A DNA stretch of 64,000 bases, taken from contig JBKQMS010000003.1 in assembly GCA_052326485.1 (NCBI GenBank), positions 15,695 to 79,694 on the forward strand. The letters are read 5' to 3'. The stretch's first letter is position 1. Each line of letters begins with the position of its first letter. Of the stretch, positions 37,569-46,894 are shown in pieces. Position numbers and translations under genes: made by a program. The DNA is from Thermoplasmata archaeon. GTDB taxonomy: Archaea; Thermoplasmatota; Thermoplasmata; Lutacidiplasmatales; UBA184. The notes below the pieces were generated by a model that saw nothing but the letters and a program-made list of their open reading frames with translations, was not told where the DNA came from and ran no database searches.

Positions 37569-37805
37569 ATGGAGACCCTCTACCTGTTGGTTGAGACCGA
37601 GGTCGGTCGCCTGGACGACGTCCTGAAGCGGCTCAAGGTGGTCCCGGGCGTCACCGAGGTCGAGGCCGTGACGGGCCCGTTCGACCTGATCGTGAAGGTC
37701 CAGGCTCCCCACATCAACGCCGCGCTCGACACGGTGGTCCACAAGATCCGCAAGGTTCCCGGGATCAAGTCGACCGAGACGCTCGTCACGGTCGCGACCG
37801 GTTAG
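37569..37805 (+). CDS. Lrp/AsnC ligand-binding (RAM) domain-only protein
   Basis: METLYLLVETEVG...VPGVTEVEAVTGPFDLIVKV...TETLV pattern of a stand-alone RAM domain with no HTH. Confidence 0.7.
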   Translation: METLYLLVETEVGRLDDVLKRLKVVPGVTEVEAVTGPFDLIVKVQAPHINAALDTVVHKIRKVPGIKSTETLVTVATG

Positions 37806-37858
37806 CGTCGCTCCGAGCTCGACAGCCGGGTAAAATACCCGACGTTTCTGGGACGGCC

Positions 37859-38299
37859 ATGCTCGCCGCCGGTGACCCCGCCCCGGATTTCGTCGCGCCG
37901 AACCAGGACGGAGCCCCCTTCCGGCTCTCCTCGCTCAAGGGCTCCCCGGTCGTGCTTTACTTCTATCCGAAGGCGGACACGCCCGGCTGCACGACCGAGA
38001 CGAAAGGGTTCCGGGACGTCCAGGCGGAGTACCTCGCCCGCAAGGTGCACGTCGTCGGCGTGAGCGTGGACGACTGCCCGGCGCAGAAGGCGTTCGCCCA
38101 GAAGTACAGCATCGCGTTCCCGCTGATCGCGGACACGTCGAAGGCGGTCGCCTCGGCCTACGGGGTCCTCGGACCCCGGGGATTGGCCCGCCGGGTCACG
38201 TTCCTCATCGACGCTCAAGGGAAGGTGGTCGAGGTCATCGATGCCTCTTCGCCGGACCCCCACCTCGAGCGGGCGCGCGCCCGCTTCCTCACCCCGTAG
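37859..38299 (+). CDS. bcp: peroxiredoxin (Bcp type)
   Basis: GDPAPDF...VVLYFYPKADTPGCTTE peroxidatic Cys motif. Confidence 0.9.
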   Translation: MLAAGDPAPDFVAPNQDGAPFRLSSLKGSPVVLYFYPKADTPGCTTETKGFRDVQAEYLARKVHVVGVSVDDCPAQKAFAQKYSIAFPLIADTSKAVASAYGVLGPRGLARRVTFLIDAQGKVVEVIDASSPDPHLERARARFLTP

Positions 38300-38303
38300 G
38301 CGT

Positions 38304-40925
38304 CTACGGGTCCGCGGTGCCCGCCGGTGGCGGAGAGGTCCCGGGGACCCGCGAGGGGTCGGACCTAGGGGAGGTGACGGGTTCCTTCGGGCGCTGACCG
38401 AACCAGGTCCAGGCCCGGTCGCCCCAGGTCTGCAGGAACGCGGGGACCATGTACGTCCGCACCACCATCGCGTCCAGGATCACCGCGACCGCGACCGAGA
38501 AACCGATCGCCCGGATCAGGGTGAACGACCCGGCGGTCAGCGCCGCGAAGGCGCTCGCGAGGATGATCGCCGCCGCGGTAATGATGCCGCCGGTCCGCGC
38601 GACGCCCTCGACCGCGGCTTCCGAGCTGGTCCGGCCGCGGACGCGCTCCTCGTTGACCCGGGTCAGGAGGAAGATGGTGTAGTCGATGCCGAGTCCGAGG
38701 ACGAGGATGAACAGGATGGTCCGGACGTAGAAGAAGAGCGGGAAGCCGAGGAGCTGCTGGAAGACGAGGTAGCTCACCGCCCACGCCCAGCTGATGGAGA
38801 GCGCGATCGTGGCAACGCCCATGAGGGCGATCACCCAGGAGCGCAGCACGGCCAGCAGGACGAAGATGAGCCCCAGCGTCACGGCGATGATCAGGAACAC
38901 GGTCGCCGTGAAGGTCTGCTGGGCGAGGTCGTTGATGGTCGGAGCCCCCCCTCCGTAGGCGGTCGTGACGATCTCGGGATGGTCCGCGGCGTAGGCCCCG
39001 AACGACGATCGGACCGCGTTGACCGCCGTCACAGCCGAGAGGGAAAGCCCGGTCGCGGACGGCTGGAGGTCCAGGAGGACCGTGCGTCCGTCGGTGCCGG
39101 CGAAGTGGGCGAGCGACCCGAGTAGATTCGCCTGTGTGGCGAGCGGAAGGGTCGAGAGGTTCCCCCAGTTCGAGAGGGTCGTGCCGTACGGTCCGACCGG
39201 GGATTCCACCGCCGCGATCCCTGAGGTCGCCTCGGCGTCGGCCGTCAAGGCCGCGATGTCGGTGAACTCGGTCGCGTTCGTCGAGTTCCCGACGACGAGC
39301 GGCTGGGCGAACGTCACCAGAACGAACGAACGTACGGCGAAACCATCACCGAAGTGATTTCCAAGCTGAACGAGACCGTCGGTCGCGGGCTGACCGCTCG
39401 GCAGTTGCCCGTAGAAATCATACGCGACGGGGGCCGTGAGGGCGAGCACGACCAGGGGTACGGAGACGCCCATGAGCACGGCCACGAACGTCCAGGGTCG
39501 GCGTTGGGTGGCCCGTCCGGCGCGGTAGAAGTAGGTCTCCTCGCGCACCGTCCGTCCCGAGACGACGGCCGCGTGACGCTGGAACCGTTCGCGTGTGGTC
39601 GGCCAGAGGATCCGCGGTCCAACGATCTTCAGGAACGCCGGGACCAGCGTGAGGGAGAGCGCGAGCGTGATGAGCACCGCCAGGGAGAGGACCGACCCCC
39701 ACTGGGCGATCAGGGCGACCCCGCTGAAGGTGAGCGCGACCATGGCGAGGATCGCCACCGCCCCGCTGGTGGCCACGGACTTGCCGGCCCAGGTGACCGC
39801 CGTGACGATCGCCTCGTCGGAAGGTCTCCCCCGGACGAGCTCCTCTCGATATCGCGCGACCAGGAAGATCGCGTAATCGGTTCCGATGCCGAGGACGAAC
39901 ACTTCCTCGAGAGCGAGCACCGACGAGTCGACGTGCCAGACGAGCGTTCCGACGAGCACCGTCGCGCCGAGGCCCAGGACGAGCGCGATCGCCAAGCCTG
40001 CGAACGTGAGGAGCGGCGTCACCGGGGAGCGGAAGTAGAGCATGGAGATCACGAGCAGAAGGCCGACCGTGATCGGGAGGACGAGCGCGAGCGAGGCGTT
40101 GGTCGAGGTCTGCGTCAGCAGGTCGAGCGGGGCGGGGCCGGTCTGCACGTAGGTGATCGAACGGGTCGGGTCGGAGGCGGAGACGGTCGACTCGACCAAC
40201 GTATCGATCTTCCCGAGGTCGGAGTAGACCGGGTGTGCCCCGGAGGGATCCATGTACTGATCGGAGACCGAGAAGTAGACCTGGACGATGGTTGCCGTTC
40301 CTCCCGAGGCGACGAACTGAGCGTAGATCGAGTAGGGAACTGGGAGCGGTTCGGTGGCGAGCGTCGAGGCCTCGACCGTGCCATTGGCCCACGCGTACGG
40401 CGCGGCGGGGTCCGGGAACCCGTGCGGGAACGCGGTCTGGACGAGGTCCAGGAAGCTCGTCGGAAGACCGGTTCCGTTGGTGATCCCCTCCGAAAGGAAT
40501 CGTTCCGCAAGCTCGGCCTGGCCGGCCAGGAAGGACGCGTACTCACTGTAGACGCTCACGACACCCGCGACGTCCTTCAGCGACGTGTCGCCCGCGACGC
40601 CGGCGCTGACGTCCAGGATGACGTGTTGCGCGTTCGCATCCGTCAGGTTCGGTCCGTAGAAGAGGAGCATGCTCGAAGACCCGCTCTGGCTGCCCGGGAA
40701 GAGGCGCGCGAGCTCGGCATTGGCTTGCGCGCTCGGGGAGGCAGAAGGGGTGCTCGTGGCCGAGTTCGTGGTCACCGAACCGAGGAGGGGAAGGAATGGG
40801 ACCGCGACGACGAGCAATACCACCCAGAAGATTACCGGATGCCACGGGTGGCGGACGACCCACCGCCCGAGCGAGGCGAACGGCCCTTTCTCGGGCGGCT
40901 TTCGAACCTCGGATCGGGGTTCCAT
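38304..40925 (-). CDS. MMPL/RND-superfamily membrane transporter
   Basis: Two repeats, each with a large extracytoplasmic loop plus a 5-6 TM bundle (GIGTDYAIFLV / GLGIDYTIFLL). Internal ATG at 40925. Confidence 0.85.
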   Translation of the reverse strand: MEPRSEVRKPPEKGPFASLGRWVVRHPWHPVIFWVVLLVVAVPFLPLLGSVTTNSATSTPSASPSAQANAELARLFPGSQSGSSSMLLFYGPNLTDANAQHVILDVSAGVAGDTSLKDVAGVVSVYSEYASFLAGQAELAERFLSEGITNGTGLPTSFLDLVQTAFPHGFPDPAAPYAWANGTVEASTLATEPLPVPYSIYAQFVASGGTATIVQVYFSVSDQYMDPSGAHPVYSDLGKIDTLVESTVSASDPTRSITYVQTGPAPLDLLTQTSTNASLALVLPITVGLLLVISMLYFRSPVTPLLTFAGLAIALVLGLGATVLVGTLVWHVDSSVLALEEVFVLGIGTDYAIFLVARYREELVRGRPSDEAIVTAVTWAGKSVATSGAVAILAMVALTFSGVALIAQWGSVLSLAVLITLALSLTLVPAFLKIVGPRILWPTTRERFQRHAAVVSGRTVREETYFYRAGRATQRRPWTFVAVLMGVSVPLVVLALTAPVAYDFYGQLPSGQPATDGLVQLGNHFGDGFAVRSFVLVTFAQPLVVGNSTNATEFTDIAALTADAEATSGIAAVESPVGPYGTTLSNWGNLSTLPLATQANLLGSLAHFAGTDGRTVLLDLQPSATGLSLSAVTAVNAVRSSFGAYAADHPEIVTTAYGGGAPTINDLAQQTFTATVFLIIAVTLGLIFVLLAVLRSWVIALMGVATIALSISWAWAVSYLVFQQLLGFPLFFYVRTILFILVLGLGIDYTIFLLTRVNEERVRGRTSSEAAVEGVARTGGIITAAAIILASAFAALTAGSFTLIRAIGFSVAVAVILDAMVVRTYMVPAFLQTWGDRAWTWFGQRPKEPVTSPRSDPSRVPGTSPPPAGTADP

Positions 40926-40956
40926 CGCCGACCCGGAATGGGCTTCGAAAATAACC

Positions 40957-41916
40957 CTATCCGTGGGGGTTTGGGGGTCGGGGATCTCTCGAGCGTCCGG
41001 GCTTCTGCCACAGTGCCGGGAACCTGAGGGGATCGACGAACACCCGGGTCTCGTCGACCACCCATCCATGTTTCACGTGGCCGACCTCGTCCGAGCCCCG
41101 GAGAGCGACCCCGGTCGCGACGAGCTCGCCGGAGCGCGTGACCAGCGTCACGCGGGCGCCGCGGGAGAACGGCTTCGGGAGCGCGAGGATCCCACCGCTC
41201 GCGAGCCCGGCCCCGTGCGCGAGCGCGCTCGCGGCGCCGTCCTTGACGACGATCGTGGGAAACTCCCGCCAGACCTCCTCGATCGGGTGCAGCAGCGCGA
41301 GCAGCGGTGCCGGGTCGCCGGCCGCGCGCGCGGCCGCCGCGTCCGCGAGCACCGGGAGCGGGACCGCGTCCTGTTCCCGGAACGGACCGTTCGCGACCCG
41401 ACGCAGCTCCTCCATGTGCCCTCCCAAGCCGAGCGCCTCGCCAACGTCGACGGCGAGGGTGCGCACGTAGGTGCCCGAGTCCGCGGTCAGGTCGAGGAGG
41501 AGGCGGGGCCCGTCGGCCTCGACGAGCTCGAGCCGGTGGATCGTGCGGACCCGCCGCTCTCGTTTCACCGCGGAACGGACGGGAGGGGTCTGGTAGATCG
41601 GCCCGGTGAACTCCGTGAGGATTCGCTCGACCTCCCGGACCGGGACGGGTCCATGGAGGACGACCGAGGCGATGTACCGCTTCGGGAACTCGAGGACCAG
41701 CGGCAGCAGCTTGAGCGCGGGCCCGACCCCGACCCAGAGGAGCCCGGAGACGTTCGGGTCGAGGGTTCCCGCGTGCCCCGCGACGGAGACCCCGATTAGG
41801 TCGCGCGCCCAGGCCGTGACCTGGTGGGACGAAGGTCCCCGCGGCTTGTCGAGGAGCAGGAACGCGCCCTCGCGCAGGCGGGCGTCCACGGCGTCGCCCG
41901 CGGTCGCCTCGGTCAT
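40957..41916 (-). CDS. cbf5: tRNA/rRNA pseudouridine synthase Cbf5 (H/ACA RNP catalytic subunit)
   Basis: LLDKPRGPSSH and GHAGTLDPNVSG catalytic-Asp motif, plus a C-terminal PUA domain. Confidence 0.9.
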   Translation of the reverse strand: MTEATAGDAVDARLREGAFLLLDKPRGPSSHQVTAWARDLIGVSVAGHAGTLDPNVSGLLWVGVGPALKLLPLVLEFPKRYIASVVLHGPVPVREVERILTEFTGPIYQTPPVRSAVKRERRVRTIHRLELVEADGPRLLLDLTADSGTYVRTLAVDVGEALGLGGHMEELRRVANGPFREQDAVPLPVLADAAAARAAGDPAPLLALLHPIEEVWREFPTIVVKDGAASALAHGAGLASGGILALPKPFSRGARVTLVTRSGELVATGVALRGSDEVGHVKHGWVVDETRVFVDPLRFPALWQKPGRSRDPRPPNPHG

Positions 41917-42461
41917 CGAGGCGCCGCCGCTTCGCGTTCCCGCACGAAGGCGAGGATCGCGTCCGCCACCTCGAGGGGAGGGCGGTCGCTCGAGTCGACC
42001 ACGAGGCCCGGGTGTTCCCGGTCGAGGTCGATCCCGTAGAAGCGCTGATACCGGTCACGCTCGCTCGCCTCGCGCTCCCGCACATGGACCCGGGCCTGCT
42101 CGAGCGACTGGCCGTCCCGGTCCGCGACGCGGCGCACGCGCACCTCCTCGCGCGCGGTCACGACGACGTCGTAGACCGGGACGTGGGCCCGACGGCAGAG
42201 AGCGCCCTGGATCCGTCCGTCCAGAAGACGTCCCGGCCGAGCGAGCGCCTGCATGGCCCGGTCGAGCTCCCGGTCGACCTCGGGGTGGCTCGCGGCGTAC
42301 CGTCCGAACTCCGCGAGCTCCATCCCGTGGCGCCGGGCCTCGGCCCGGAAGAGCTCCCCCGCCGAGTGGAACTCGAGGCCGAGCGAGCCAGCGATGAGCC
42401 GTCCCGCCGTCGACTTGCCACTACCCGGTGGTCCCCCCACGGTGACGACGGCGCCGATCAC
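41913..42461 (-). CDS. cmk: cytidylate kinase (archaeal type)
   Basis: P-loop GGPPGSGKST. The GTG start overlaps the upstream stop (GTGA). The N-terminal 213 aa of the track ORF are out-of-frame junk over DUF106. Confidence 0.85.
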   Translation of the reverse strand: MIGAVVTVGGPPGSGKSTAGRLIAGSLGLEFHSAGELFRAEARRHGMELAEFGRYAASHPEVDRELDRAMQALARPGRLLDGRIQGALCRRAHVPVYDVVVTAREEVRVRRVADRDGQSLEQARVHVREREASERDRYQRFYGIDLDREHPGLVVDSSDRPPLEVADAILAFVREREAAAPR

Positions 42462-43303
42462 GCGCGCCCCCCGGCCGTCTCGGAGGCCGGGGCGGCGGGT
42501 GTTAGGTTGTGCTCGTTCGCGTACTTCCGGAGCCACAGGTGCTTCAATAGGCGGCGGAAGACGAGCGAGAACGGCACCGTGTAGAGGCTGAAGATGACGA
42601 ACCAGATCGGGATTGGCAGGCCGCCGATGTTGCTGGTCAGAACGATGGAGGCCCCCGAGCCGAAGCTCACCGTCCTCTGGACCGGGTTCGCCGCCTCGAT
42701 GACGAGGTAGACCCAGGAGTAGATCAGGATGAGGAGGAAGTAGGTGATCGCCATCCCCTTGAACTGGGCGATGGAGACCTCGCCCGAGAGCCGGGTGAGC
42801 TTCTCCTGCTGGGGCTTGAGCGCCGCGATACGGTCCTTCTTCCCGGACCGGATCGCTTCCATCTGCACCTTGCGGAACGCGGCGCTCCACTTCTGGACCT
42901 TCGCGGCCTTCACCCAGTTCGTGGTGAAGTTGTACGCCACCGACGTGATCAGCATCTCGATGGCGCCGGCGAGCGCCATCGTCAGCAAGAGGTAGTCCGA
43001 GTTGAACCCGATCAAGGAGTAGAGCGGTCCCGGGCTCCCCGGGCTCGTTCCGAAGAGGCCGGCGATCGAACTTCGCGCGCTCCCGTCGATGAGCATCCAC
43101 AGGCCGAGAAGGCCGAGGAACACGTAGAGGAAGGTCGAGACCTTGAACGGCGGCGGAGGAGGGCGCGCCGGACGGGCCGCGGGCTTTTCTTCGGGCTCCG
43201 GGCTCGCGGCCTCGGCCTCCACCTCGGGCTCTGGAGTCTCCTCCTCGGCGAGCGGTTCGGAGACATCCGCCGCCGACGGGAGGGGCTTTCCCCCATCCGT
43301 CAT
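42458..43303 (-). CDS. DUF106/EMC3-Oxa1-like membrane protein
   Basis: Conserved secY-DUF106-cmk archaeal neighbourhood. TM-coiled coil-TM-TM layout with the KLTRLSGEVSIAQFKGM segment. Acidic/Pro-rich N-terminal extension. Confidence 0.8.
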   Translation of the reverse strand: MTDGGKPLPSAADVSEPLAEEETPEPEVEAEAASPEPEEKPAARPARPPPPPFKVSTFLYVFLGLLGLWMLIDGSARSSIAGLFGTSPGSPGPLYSLIGFNSDYLLLTMALAGAIEMLITSVAYNFTTNWVKAAKVQKWSAAFRKVQMEAIRSGKKDRIAALKPQQEKLTRLSGEVSIAQFKGMAITYFLLILIYSWVYLVIEAANPVQRTVSFGSGASIVLTSNIGGLPIPIWFVIFSLYTVPFSLVFRRLLKHLWLRKYANEHNLTPAAPASETAGGRA

Positions 43304-45069
43304 CAGGACTCGCCTCCGAGGAACCGGCGCAGGAGCGGGTTCATCTCCATCAACTGCTCGCGGCCCATCGCCTCGTAGAGGTTGATGATGATCCCGACCA
43401 TCAGCAGGACGCCGGTGCCGGAGGCGTTCCCGAGCGTTCCGATCAGGTCCGCGCCCGCGGCGAGGGCGCCGACCGCCGCGCCGGAGATGACCGTGATCAC
43501 GGGGATGTACCGCTCCAGGACCCGGCGCAGCACCCGAGGCTCTCTACGGAACCCGGGGATCTGCATGCCGGACGCCTCGATCTGGCGGGCGACCGCCTCC
43601 GGGCCCATGTTGGTCGTCTGGATCCAGAACTTGGCGAACAGGATCGACCCACCGACCATCGCGCCGAAGTAGATCCCGACGTGGAGGAGCCCTTGCCACC
43701 AGGCGTGGCCGACCAGGAACGGCCCGTACTCGTTGTAGTTCAGGATCGGTAACAGCCAGGCCTCGAGACCATTGACCGTCGAGAGGTAGTACGCGCCGCC
43801 GGTGACCGGGGTCGTCTGACTGACGCCTAAGTGGGTCGCCTGGGCCGCGGTCGGGTACGACCCGATCCACCACTGGTGGCCGAGGACCGGGAAGTGGATG
43901 AGCGTCGGGTTCGTCCAGAGGAGGATCGAGATCATCGAGACGTTGGCGAGCAACGCCGACATCAGGATGACCGGGATGTTCGACGCGTAGATCAGGCGGA
44001 GCGGGTACCGACCCCGAGCCCCCCTCGCCTCGGCGTGCGAGAGCGGGAGCTCGATGCGCGTCGATTCGGTCCACGCCACGAGGAAGAAGATCGCTGCCGT
44101 GCCCACGAGCGCGACGATCGGGTTCGGCTGGCGCAACAGCACTTGCTCCCAGCCGCCGCCGGCCATCTGGCTCGCGGAGAAGTGGGTGAAGAACCAGAGC
44201 GATTTCGGGATCGTCCCGCTCGGAGGGTTCGTCTGCGAGATCGGTAGCGACGGGTTCTGGGGCACCCAGTTCAGCGTGCCCTGGACAATCTGCTGGGAGA
44301 CGCCGGCGGCGATGAACAGCGAGATCCCGCTCCCGATCCCCCACTTCGAGACGACCTCGTCCATCAGGAAGACGAGGTAGCTGCCGAAGACGAGCTGGGC
44401 GATGATGATCGCGTTCGCGAGCAGGAGGCCGTTGCCGGGGGAGATGGCACCGAGGCTCGAGACGAGCGAGCCCGAGGGAGAGAGGTACCCGTACACCTGG
44501 GGGATCGCCTCGATGAAGATCATCGCGATGACGACGACCTTCTGCGTCCCCTGGTAGACCCCTTTGTCTTCGTCGTCGGTGAGGTCGAGGTTGATGATCT
44601 TCGCGCCGGTGAACAGCTGCATGATGATCGACCCGGTGACGATCGGGCCGATCCCGAGGTGCATGAGGGTGCCCTGCGCCCCGGCGAGGATCGCGCGGTA
44701 GCTGTGGAACAGGTCGATGACGGTCAGCTGGTCGACGCCGAACAGGTAGATGTTCGTCAGCAGGAAGTAGAGCAGGAGGATCCCGAGCGTCCAGAACAGC
44801 TTCGTCCGGAAGTGCACGTGGCCCTTCGGCTGGGTGACGGCCGGCATCCGGGTGGTCACCGGCTTCAAGCCGTACAGCTTCGAGTGCGAGCCGTTGTAAG
44901 AGAGGCCGAGGTAGAAGAGCGCGAAGATGGCGGCCATCGCCGCCGAGAGGAGGCCGAAGGCGATCGGGGTCGGTTGACCCCAGAACCAGAACAGGGCGAG
45001 GATCCCGGCGGGGATGAGAATGAGCGGCACCGCCCACCGGCGGTCCCGCGGGATCTCCTCTTCCGCCAT
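43303..45069 (-). CDS. secY: preprotein translocase subunit SecY (with N-terminal 2-TM extension)
   Basis: GIGPIVTGSIIMQLFTGAKII and the downstream SecY TM pattern. Follows uL15 as in all archaea. Confidence 0.9.
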   Translation of the reverse strand: MAEEEIPRDRRWAVPLILIPAGILALFWFWGQPTPIAFGLLSAAMAAIFALFYLGLSYNGSHSKLYGLKPVTTRMPAVTQPKGHVHFRTKLFWTLGILLLYFLLTNIYLFGVDQLTVIDLFHSYRAILAGAQGTLMHLGIGPIVTGSIIMQLFTGAKIINLDLTDDEDKGVYQGTQKVVVIAMIFIEAIPQVYGYLSPSGSLVSSLGAISPGNGLLLANAIIIAQLVFGSYLVFLMDEVVSKWGIGSGISLFIAAGVSQQIVQGTLNWVPQNPSLPISQTNPPSGTIPKSLWFFTHFSASQMAGGGWEQVLLRQPNPIVALVGTAAIFFLVAWTESTRIELPLSHAEARGARGRYPLRLIYASNIPVILMSALLANVSMISILLWTNPTLIHFPVLGHQWWIGSYPTAAQATHLGVSQTTPVTGGAYYLSTVNGLEAWLLPILNYNEYGPFLVGHAWWQGLLHVGIYFGAMVGGSILFAKFWIQTTNMGPEAVARQIEASGMQIPGFRREPRVLRRVLERYIPVITVISGAAVGALAAGADLIGTLGNASGTGVLLMVGIIINLYEAMGREQLMEMNPLLRRFLGGES

Positions 45070-45105
45070 GAGGTCGTCTCGGAGCCGGTACGCGAGTTAT
45101 ATAGT

Positions 45106-45558
45106 CTACGGGAGGGATTTCGGGGGCGCCTCCGTTGCGCCGCCCGGGCGAGACTCGACGACCGTCACCTTCTCACGAGCATGCTTCGAGGCGTGGCGAA
45201 CGACCACCTTCCACTTCCGCATCGTGCTCCCCCCGCCCAAGAGCCGGTCGACGCCGGCCTTCGTGAGGTCCGCGACGAGCGTCTCCCCCTCGCGGGACAG
45301 CGCCTCGGCCGCCTCGAGGCTGGGCACGAATCCCTCGAGCTCCCCCACGTTCAGGCTCGTCGGGTTCTCGACGATCTGGGTCGGCCGCTTGAACCCGTGC
45401 CGACCGAAATGGTCGGGAGCGTAGATGAGCATCGACTTGAACTTGTACTTGTGAAGTCCCGCGTTGCCCCGGCCCCCCTGCTTGCCGGCGCCACGGCCGG
45501 CCTTGATGCCGCGACCGTGGGTCCTCAGTCCGCGGAACTTCCGTGTGCGACTCGGCAT
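45106..45558 (-). CDS. rpl15: 50S ribosomal protein uL15
   Basis: MPSRTRKFRGLRTHGRGIKAGRGAGKQGGRGNAG N-terminus; operon position. Confidence 0.9.
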   Translation of the reverse strand: MPSRTRKFRGLRTHGRGIKAGRGAGKQGGRGNAGLHKYKFKSMLIYAPDHFGRHGFKRPTQIVENPTSLNVGELEGFVPSLEAAEALSREGETLVADLTKAGVDRLLGGGSTMRKWKVVVRHASKHAREKVTVVESRPGGATEAPPKSLP

Positions 45559-45572
45559 GAACGAACTTCCTC

Positions 45573-46031
45573 CTACATCATCCGGCGGACGAGCTCGTTG
45601 ATCGCGCGGCCCCGGTACCCGAGCGCGCCGCCGAGCGTGAACGGCTTCTTGGTCGACCGCCAGCCCCCCTTCGGGGCGCGGAGCCGGAAGAGCGGCTTGA
45701 GTCCCGGCACCTGGGTGAGGCCTTTCTCGGCGACGGAGCGCGTGAGGGCCGAGAGGTCCTTGCCCGGGGTGATCTCGGTGACGGACGCATCGGTCAACCG
45801 CTCCCCGGACTTGGTCTCCCCCCGTTCCTTGAGTAGCAACGCCACGGTCTCGGGTTCGGCCTCGCCCCAGGTGACGTAGCCCTGGATCGTGGTGAGCATC
45901 CCCCGGACGGACGGGACCTCGGGGACGACCGTCGCATGGTTCGGCCGCGTGAGGTGCAAATAGCGCAGGGTTTCGACCACGTCGTGGCGGGCGTGGATCG
46001 ACCCGCGGACCCGAACGATCATCCAGGCCAT
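45573..46031 (-). CDS. rpl30: 50S ribosomal protein uL30
   Basis: MIVRVRGSIHARHDVVETLRYLHLTR motif; operon position. Confidence 0.9.
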   Translation of the reverse strand: MAWMIVRVRGSIHARHDVVETLRYLHLTRPNHATVVPEVPSVRGMLTTIQGYVTWGEAEPETVALLLKERGETKSGERLTDASVTEITPGKDLSALTRSVAEKGLTQVPGLKPLFRLRAPKGGWRSTKKPFTLGGALGYRGRAINELVRRMM

Positions 46032-46033
46032 GG

Positions 46034-46894
46034 CTAGTTCCCTCTCGGCGGCGCGGGACGGGGCGGACCGCCCCGGGGCCCTCCGGGTCCGCCCCGGCCC
46101 GGCCCTCCGCCGCGCTGGGGCGGGCGCCGTCCGCGGCCCCGACCGCCACGGATCGGCCGCGGGGCGTTCTCGTCCTTGGGCGGCAGGATGGAGGTCCCCA
46201 CCGGTCCGCGGACGATCTTGAGACGAGAGGCGTCCTCGGCCGGGACCTTGAGGTCGGAGAGCGCGACCAACGCCTGGAACGCGGACTGGGCGTAGTTCAC
46301 GGTCGTCTTCGTGTGCCCGTCGGTGAATCCCCAGGCGTCCGTGATCCCGGCGAACCGGAGGATCGGTTTCGCCACATCGCCGACCGCGAGGCCGACGCCC
46401 CGGGGGGCGGGTTTGAACGTCACGACCACCGAGCCGACGCGGCCCTGGACCTGGAACGGGAGGGTGTGCGCCCGGCCGCAGCCGCATTCCCAGCTGCCGC
46501 AGCCACGGTAGACCTCGACCACCTCGAGCTTCGCTCGGTCGATCGCGCGGCGGATGGTGGGACCGACCTCGCGCCCCTTCGCCCGGCCGAGCCCGACGAA
46601 CCCGTCGCCGTTCCCGACGACGACCGTGACCGCGAACTTGAACCGGCGGCCTGAGTCGGTCATCCGCTGGACCATGTTCACGTCGAGGACCTCGTCGTGG
46701 AGGCCCGGGAGGAGCTTGTCGACGATCTGGGGTTCCCGGAGCGGGAGGCCGCTCTCGATGGCGGCGGCCATCGTGGTGATCTCGTCCGCGGCGACGCGCC
46801 GGCCGAGCTCGGTCTTTGGCACCCACGGGGGGGGTGCGGCCGGGCCGCCCGGGCCGAAGCCTCCGCGCGACGGACCGGACGAGGGGCCGCTCAC
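46034..46894 (-). CDS. rps5: 30S ribosomal protein uS5 with RGG-rich termini
   Basis: Core VVVGNGDGFVGLGRAKGREV...PAPRGVGL; operon position. Confidence 0.9.
   Translation of the reverse strand: MSGPSSGPSRGGFGPGGPAAPPPWVPKTELGRRVAADEITTMAAAIESGLPLREPQIVDKLLPGLHDEVLDVNMVQRMTDSGRRFKFAVTVVVGNGDGFVGLGRAKGREVGPTIRRAIDRAKLEVVEVYRGCGSWECGCGRAHTLPFQVQGRVGSVVVTFKPAPRGVGLAVGDVAKPILRFAGITDAWGFTDGHTKTTVNYAQSAFQALVALSDLKVPAEDASRLKIVRGPVGTSILPPKDENAPRPIRGGRGRGRRPPQRGGGPGRGGPGGPRGGPPRPAPPRGN

Noticed and set aside
39354-41027. 557-aa plus-strand ORF (and 38241..39125)
   Set aside because: Both are antisense to the MMPL transporter gene. Composition is R/D/E/G-rich and junk-like.
43544-45037. 497-aa minus-strand ORF in an alternative frame of secY
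   Set aside because: The SecY frame has clear family motifs and TM periodicity. This frame is R/P/D-rich.
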